A stretch of 64,000 nucleotides of DNA from Macrostomum lignano. Taxonomy: Eukaryota. Under the pieces are notes generated by a model. The model was not told the origin of the DNA. It saw only the letters and a program-made list of their open reading frames with translations, and made no database searches. The stretch spans positions 101,413-165,412 of the forward strand of contig NIVC01002517.1 of assembly GCA_002269645.1 (NCBI GenBank), written 5' to 3'. The translations under genes and the position numbers were made by a program. This document shows positions 56,827-64,000 of the stretch, piece after piece. Every line of letters starts with the position of its first letter. The stretch's first letter is position 1.

Positions 56827-59800
56827 ATGTCGGCAGCCATTCGCCGGCTTGCCGCCTCTCAGACTGCTGGCAACTCCTGCAGCGGCGGCTACTGGCAGCA
56901 GCTCTTGGACGGACTGCGGCGTCGCCTGCTGCGCGACTCCGGCCGCGGCGCATCCGGCGGAGGTCCGGTCGCCGCGGCCAACTCCGCTCTGCGTCACCTA
57001 TGCGGCGGCGGCGGTGACCATCTCCAGCGAGTGCCGAAGAGTACCGACCGACCGCCGATCAGTGCTGCCGACTTTGCCGAGCTTCGCCGACTGTTCGACT
57101 CGCCTGCAGCTGTCGCCAGCTGGGGCCACCTTGGCAACGCCTGGCCAGGACTGCTGCTGGAGCGAGCCGGCAGGCCGCTGACGGCGTCCCTGCTAGAGGA
57201 GTTAGAGCGGCAGGTCGGACTGGAGGAGCTGGCGGTGAAGAATCCCGGCCTGCTGGCCAGCATGGCAGAGTCGCGGCTCCGTCTGCTTGGTGTGAGTCCT
57301 GCGGCCGAATAGTTTGTCTCTGTTTGACAAGTTGAGTTGCCTTCTTTCCTATTGCATTACGCTCATCAAACCGCTGTTTACGAGTCCTTAAAGTTACGAT
57401 ACGAAAAACTTCTCAAGTACGTCGCAACCGCAGACCTGTTAAGACACTTGAGAGGGCGCGAAAATCCCGAATGGTCATTTGCGCTTTCTGGGTCTGGATT
57501 ACATCGAATTAGTCTCTAATTAGCTTTTAGATGAGCAGGGACTGCTCATGCACCTGAAATACTGCTTTTTTTCAGCTCGAAATCAAATACGCTTCCTTTA
57601 CATTACAACCTGCTGTATTTAGTTTTGCAATGAGGTTAGCAATCGGCGCAAGGTTACAGTGCTATTAAATATTAATCATCAAGGATTTAGCATTGGACAA
57701 GCCGTCACCGCTCGAACATTCACGGATGCGGGAAGTCTGTCACGTGAATTTTTAACGTGATACATGTACCCGCTTGAAAATGATTGGATGGTGTTGTGCC
57801 ACCGATTTCAAAATTCTTTCATCCTTCCGAAATAATGTTTAGCAAAATACTTTTTTGTTTACATTGCGTCTTCCCCAGGACCCAGCTGGCAGCAGACGCT
57901 GTGTGGCCGCTCTGTCCAAGCGCGCTGACCCTGCTGTCCGCTCCTTGCTGACTGTCCGGATGCTGTCGCTGCTTCGTCAGCTGCCGGATGCTGCCGAACT
58001 GACCGCAGTCTGGGACGAATCCGGCGCTAACACGTCAGAGGTGCCGGCGGAGTCGTTTGAAGGCAGCGAGCAGCTGTTTGCGTACTTTGAAGCCGCTGGC
58101 AGGCAGCGCCGAGACAATGCGGCCAACCCGCTGCTGCCGCCTCGGCAACCGTGGGATATTGACGAACGTCTGGTGGCCGAAGTTGCCGCTGCGCCCGACA
58201 ACTGGGGAGATCTCAGCCAGCTGCTGGTGGAGCCGGCGTGTCGGCACGGACTGCTGTTCAGCCAGCCTGCTGCCCTGCGACTGGCCCGACTGCTGCTGGA
58301 TAAGACTCCGGTGAGCACTGGGGATGGAGGGTTTCGGGCTGGGTGAGCACTCGGGGGCTGGGTGAACACTGGGAATGGAGGGTTTCGGGTTGGGTGAGCA
58401 CTCGGGGGCTGGGTGAACACTGGGAATGGAGGGTTTCGGGTTGGGTGAGCACTCGGGGGCTGAGTGAACACTGGGAATGGAGGGTTTCGGGCTGGGTGAG
58501 CACTCGGGGGCTGGGTGAACACTGGGAATGGAGGGTTTCGGGTTGGGTGAGCACTCGGGGGCTGAGTGAACACTGGGAATGGAGGGTTTCGGGTTGGGTG
58601 AGCACTCGGGGGCTGGGTGAACACTGGGAATGGAGGGTTTCGGGTTGGGTGAGCACTTGGGATGGAGGATTTCGGGCTGGGTGAGCACTGGGGATGGAGG
58701 GTTTCGGGCTGGGTGAGCACTCGGGGGCTGGGTGAGTACTGGAGTTGGAGGGTTTCGGGCTGGGTGAGCACTCGCAGGGGCTGGGTGAGCACTCGGGGGC
58801 TGGGTGAGCACTCGCGGGGGCTGGGTGAGCACTCGGGATGGAGGGTTTCGGGCTGGGTGAGCACCGAGGTTTAAGATCTTCTGATCAGATGTACGATGAG
58901 GACTGATATCGAAAGTTTTTCGCTTTAAAACACGTGATTTCTAAAACTTTTGTCTGTTATAAAAGTGGAATTTTATAATTGTACTTTTAGTCAAGGACAT
59001 TGTCCCCTTCCACCGCGTTGGAGGAGACCATGGACCGCCGGTGCGCCTCCTGCGGCCGCTCCCTGTCCGAGGCGTACAGCACTGGCGCGGCCGACAGCGA
59101 CCAGCTGGACGCGGCCGGCCTGGCCAGCCGCCTGTTGGAGCTTCGGCAGGCCAGCGGGCAACCGGTGTGGCGCACCGATCCAGACGAGGCCGCCGATTTC
59201 CGACAGTGGCTGCGCCATAAAACCGCTCGTAACGGACGGCCTGGCGCTGTACTGGACTTGAACAACTTGCTGCTGCATCTGGGCAGCGGCGGCAGCTCAG
59301 GCCGTGCGAAGATCAAGCCGGACTACTCAGCCTGCTTCTCCATCCTGGAAGGCCAGCTGCCGCTGTCCGGTAGGCCGCTCCGCCACCTGGTATTCGTAGG
59401 CAAACTGGTCGAATCCAAGCATCTGTTTACTGACGAGTTCTTTCGACAGTTTCGAATGTACTGCAGCCGGGCGCCGGTGCCTGTATCTATGTACCTGTTC
59501 AAGCGGTCCAAGTGTGATGACCTGTTCTCCCTGTACGCCAGTCTGGTCAGCTGGCCGGGCTGCTATATGATTAGCGACGACCAGTTCAGAGAGCAGAGAA
59601 AACACTTGACTCCGGCTGATAGGTGAGGGGGCTAACTGAGATGCAGATTTTGTATCTATTTTTACTTAACACTGGAGCTCTGGGTAAGCAGTGCAGCGGT
59701 GGAGCCCCTGGATTCGATTGGCCAGTTAACCCTAGGCTTACAAATGAATTAATGATTAATAATAATTTATTAAGCCTGCCCTAATGGGGCAGATGTGCAA

Positions 59801-60361
59801 CCGGCAGCTCAGCCGCAGCTACTGCGCGGCGCATCTGAAGTCTGCGTACGGTTGCTCAGTCCAAGGACTGGGGATTCGCCATCAGGCGCGCCGCCAAAAA
59901 TTTTCTTCGGAAGGAATTGGCCGCCCCTAGGGAGGGAAAAGAGAAATATGCTAGAAAAACATCCCCCATCCCCCTCCCTACAGCCCTGGTCCTCACACAC
60001 CCTTAATCACTCCAGATAATTCTGGTAGCCATTTAACAGCTGGGTGAGCTGAACCAATGCAGAGTCAAGTGCCTTGTTCAAGGACACAAATGGTATCTTC
60101 TGTACGCCATCTTGCCATCTGTTTGTTTGCAGGCGTGCATTTCAACGTTGGCAAGCAACCTGGCAGGTGGGCCTGACTAAGCATTCCAGCGAGGCCGGAG
60201 GGCCCCACAGATTGTTGTGGCCGCCGGGCTATCCGACGCGATGCCTGACCCACGCCGACGGTGCCGTGCACCTGCTGTGCGCTGCTTCGGACGATGTGGC
60301 TGATGATCTATCTTTCTGGCCAAGCTTCCGCTGGGTGTGCGTGCCTCTTACTGCTGCCTAA
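56827..60361 (+). CDS. PRORP: Proteinaceous RNase P (PRORP/MRPP3) homologue, 4 exons, ~585 aa
   Basis: Exons 56827-57291, 57879-58310, 58991-59622 and 60133-60361 (phases 0, 0, 2). Zn ligands are CASC, VHLL and WVCV. NYN motifs are VLDLNN, SKCDDLFSLYASL and YMISDDQFRE, followed by AFQRWQATWQ. The length is close to animal MRPP3. The N-terminal PPR region is divergent and not verified. Confidence 0.78.
58311..58865. repeat. G-rich 51-bp (19+32) minisatellite starting at the PRORP exon 2 donor
   Basis: Unit gtgagcactcgggggctgggtgaacactgggaatggagggtttcgggttgg. The first copy begins at the real donor (CCG|gtgagc). Confidence 0.95.
59755..60090 (-). mobile_element. 5'-truncated SINE copy with ~100-bp internal insertion, in PRORP intron 3
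   Basis: 59770-59870 and 60010-60090 align with 46510-46610 and 46650-46720. Extra sequence at ~59880-59990 is absent from the first copy. Confidence 0.7.
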
Positions 60362-62793
60362 TTACGAGTATTTTTACAAGCTTTTTTACAAGAACAGTTG
60401 CTAGTAGCGTGACCGTTTGTTGACAGCGTGCAATTATTTGGTAAATGCTTGAAAATATATCTTCCGTTTACTATATAAAAATTGCTGGTTTTTTCTTTTT
60501 TTCTACACGTGTACATGTACGCTCGTACGTGTTAAGCACTTCAGCGTCCCCAAAGTCAAAATACATGATGTACGCTCGTTACTCGCGCTTACGCTTGACT
60601 AACCACCATATAAAGGACCACCAGATTCGACTCAACCCACTATCGGAAGGTGCCGCTGTTGATGAGGAACAGATGATGCTAACAAGTACTGTAAGTACTA
60701 GTACATGTATAAAAGCATGCGTGTGAATGTTACATTTACATGCAAGTACCCAAGAATTGATCATTGGGTCCTTTGGTTGTTGTAAGTCGAAAGTCTCAAC
60801 AGCAGTTTAAACTAAAATTTTCTAGTCTAGCTATTCTAGCTTGAATGTGTGGTCACTAGCAAGTAGCGACACAGACAGGGTGCCAAAGCCAAACATATTT
60901 CGTTCGCCAGCGCCAGGGTCTAAAATAGCATCAATACAGGGAGTCAATTCCCACCGAAATATTTTTTGCCTCATTTTATTGCGGCACTATATAGCTTTTT
61001 TAAAATTAAAAATAAAAAACTAGGCTTTTGACTTAAAATTAGTTGCTCTTATTAAAAACCTGTTTTTTACTTTTTGTTCTACTTTCTACATTTTTGAATA
61101 AATTTAACTCGTGTCCGAAGCGGGGCAAAGTCAAAACGAGGGCATCGCGAGTTTACACCGTTCAACTTTGTAATACCAAGTTTTATCTGTTTTTTAATGA
61201 GTATGACTGGTTTAATCTTCCATTAAAACCGTGAAATATAAATTTAATATTACCATAATTAAAAAAAAATTAGTCTTTTTCGCCCCTCTAAAAGACAAAA
61301 TATGTCCTTTTTTCAGCGATAATTTTTTGGCGGAAATTCAACTACGCTGACCACGTGCGAAAAATGTCTATATGATTTACAAATTAGGGCTACAAAAATG
61401 TAGGAATTAAGGTAGATATTGAAAGTTTAAGTTAATTGCGTTAAATGCATGCATGAGTAATGATTTTATTGTACAAACCCTGTTGGAGTTCGAATATTCT
61501 TCGTTTTGGTGGTAAACATTAATTATGACATCCCACATGTATGCTCATATGAGAATAGTTAAAGACTAATCTACATTGATGTATCTAATAGGATTATTCA
61601 CTTTTTACTTTTAAAATAATTTAGCATTAAATCCCAAGCTTTTTTATTAAAAAACCCTAACATATACCTACTGTATAATATTCTACAACATATAAAGATA
61701 CTTTTTAATAGTTAGGGAGCACAAAGTGATTTTCTCCATAGTCTGTTGTAACAAAATGAATAATTGCCAGCTTTTAGAATTACAATATGTTATTACACAC
61801 TTATCAAGCTTGAAGCATTTTTTTTCTTTACTAAATGGCACTCTTTGTTGGCTCCTGAATGTCATATATGTTAGTTTTTGTCATGATTTTTTTCTCCGGA
61901 AGCCCACTGTGTGGAGCATGTACAATGAAAAGCTTAGATATTTCATAAAGGCACTGCAAAGAACCCTATAAGAAGCATTTTTTTTGCTTTACAGCAGGGA
62001 GGACCTAATTTAATTTTATTGCCAATTAATGTACAATTTGTATCGAATTAGGATTTAGTTAGTTATTTTTGATGATATTTATTTTGCTTTAAATTTTATG
62101 CTGAATAAGTTGAGTTTAATTTTTGTAAAATTGCTTTAAACATTTATTTATTGACTGTCAGTTAAAATTTTTAATGACTAGCTATTCTAGTCTAAGGCCA
62201 CCAAAGATAGTAGAATATCAAAGATTAATCAGAGACGTCACTTACTAACACCAACTAATCAGGTCTGATTGACTTTAAATTTACTTAGAACAAATTCATT
62301 GGTTTTTTAATTGAAATCAGATTTACCTAGGATCAATAATTTTGGGGCATCATGAAGATTATAACATTAGAATAACTTATGTAATCATGCTCAAATAACT
62401 TGATACTCGTAATTTAATATCTTGAAATCTACAAGAAGACAGCAAAAAATACAGACAAAGCGTTCACTCATTCTCTCTGACAGTAAAATGTTCCATCTCC
62501 ACAGTGTACCTTTCAGCTATGAAAGAAAAAGAAGAAAACAAGAAACAGCTAGAATGAAAATATTACGGAAAAGTATAAGATGAAAAGAAAAAGGAAAGGA
62601 GAGAATGCTACTGCTACTAGCAGTAGTGCATAAAATACGGAGAGAGAAAAATATGGCCAATATATCTGAGCTGAAATTCCCGTTCTCATTATATGTATTT
62701 TCTAACCTTTTCAGAGCATGCCATTTAGGCCATCTAGGAAACAGGTGAAGCAGGAACAGCAGCAGCGCTACATAGAAAAAAAATTTGACAGCT

Positions 62794-64000
62794 ATGGCTG
62801 ACTACCTGCAGCATGAGAGACGGCGCGCCTATCGACGCTACCATGGCTGTTCACCACCACCAGATGCCGGAGAAAGGACGACACGGTCAAAACTTTCCCG
62901 CTCTGATGCTGCCCGGTTACGAGAGCGCAGGAAGTTGGTTGAGCACTACGACGATGCTATCTTTAGTCATCAGCGGACCATCAACAAGTTGCGTCTCAAA
63001 CTGCGCAGAGAGCAGCGCCAATCAGCTAAGGCGGAGCGCCGACACAAAGATGCTGAAATGGCGAGGCATGTAATACAGGATGCGATTGCCAGAGTACGGC
63101 GTTTTTCCATCTGCCGGAAGATGACACGGTGCATTGTGGCAAGCACACCAGTTGGGGCACAGCGCAAGGCAGTGCTGAAGTTTTTGGTGCAACAGCGAAA
63201 ATTCTGAAAAGGCAAGCAGTAAAACGAATCAAAAGAGAGACAACAGCACATTGTCGACTTCTTTTATGACGATGAAAATTCCCGTGCCAGTGCTGCAAAG
63301 CATGAGACAATCACGGGCGTCGACCGCGTGACTGGCGAAAAGGAGAAGCGGCAGAAGCGATACTTGTGTGACACCCTGAAGTCGCTGCATAGCAAGTACC
63401 TCGCCGAGTTTCCTGAGCGTCGCCAGATCAGCCTCTCTACATTTAGACGGTGGAAACCGTTCGAGGTAAATTTAATTAATTATCTGATACTGCTATGAAC
63501 TGTGGCCAGCTTGTGCAGCTAACATATCATTTTACACCCTCCCTTGATTGACAAAGCCCAAATCTAATCGATTTCTACGTACAGTACTTCTTCGCTGCTA
63601 TATATGTTATTCCTACGAAAAAATATAATTAAAAAAATATGAGACCGACACTTCAATCTAGAGACTTTGGTGTACAACTCCGAACTCAATTCCAATTCAA
63701 TCGAATTTGTCTCAATTCATTACAGGTAGTCAAGCCGCGTCTCTGCGACAGGCCGCTGTCATGTGCATGCAATGCACAAATTTGGAGTATCTGGCGAAGC
63801 GCTATGCACACTGCTCGCCTGATACCCTGCACCAGCCTTCGCGATCTGCTGCAGCTCTTCGTCTGCAGGGACGATTCTCCTGCCTGCCTCATGCGTGCCT
63901 GTGATGACTGCAGGACGAAGTCGCCAGTTGTCAACGAGGTAGCGGCTGCGAAGCCTCGCGTGACGTATGAGGCTTGGAGACAGCGCACGACGGTCGCAGC
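62794..64000 (+). pseudogene. Decayed Cys-rich DNA transposase N-terminal region (family uncertain), continuing beyond the window
   Basis: Reading through two in-frame stops (63205, 63220) gives IVDFFYDDENSR...KRQKRYLCDTLKSLHSKYLAEFP...ISLSTFRRWKPFE. After a candidate intron (63466-63726) come V.KP...DR..MCMQCTNL (with compensating frameshifts), VC...CLMRACDDC and VTYEAW. I associate this motif set with Sola/Chapaev-type transposases. Confidence 0.55.

Overview
This is animal (metazoan) genomic DNA, not prokaryotic. It has GT-AG spliced genes with GC-rich exons and AT-rich introns, and roughly a quarter of the window is tandem repeat. The style resembles a free-living flatworm such as Macrostomum; that is inference only. 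Host genes I could reconstruct are a CD225/dispanin protein with a long Gly/Ser-repeat N-terminus, a single-PDZ NHERF/EBP50 homologue, an alpha7-like nicotinic acetylcholine receptor subunit, a NAT8/camello-like GNAT acetyltransferase, a disrupted cytochrome P450, a PRORP/MRPP3 homologue and two orphan ORFs. Mobile DNA includes a 5'-truncated Penelope-like element (PLE) with inverted pseudo-LTRs and hammerhead motifs, an RTE-like LINE, tRNA-derived SINEs and a decayed Cys-rich DNA transposase. There is also a ~4 kb near-intact PLE inserted in a (CT)n tract. Two observations stand out. (1) The 4-kb PLE carries an AlkB-family 2OG-Fe(II) dioxygenase domain upstream of its RT, and the usual RT-to-endonuclease linker motif appears after the GIY-YIG domain. 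(2) The nAChR gene has two tandem pairs of duplicated exons of identical length (loop C+TM1, 195 bp x2; TM2 pore, 87 bp x2). The TM2 pair has a complementary stem that would juxtapose the 8a donor and the 8b branch point. All assignments are by eye from motifs; no searches were run.
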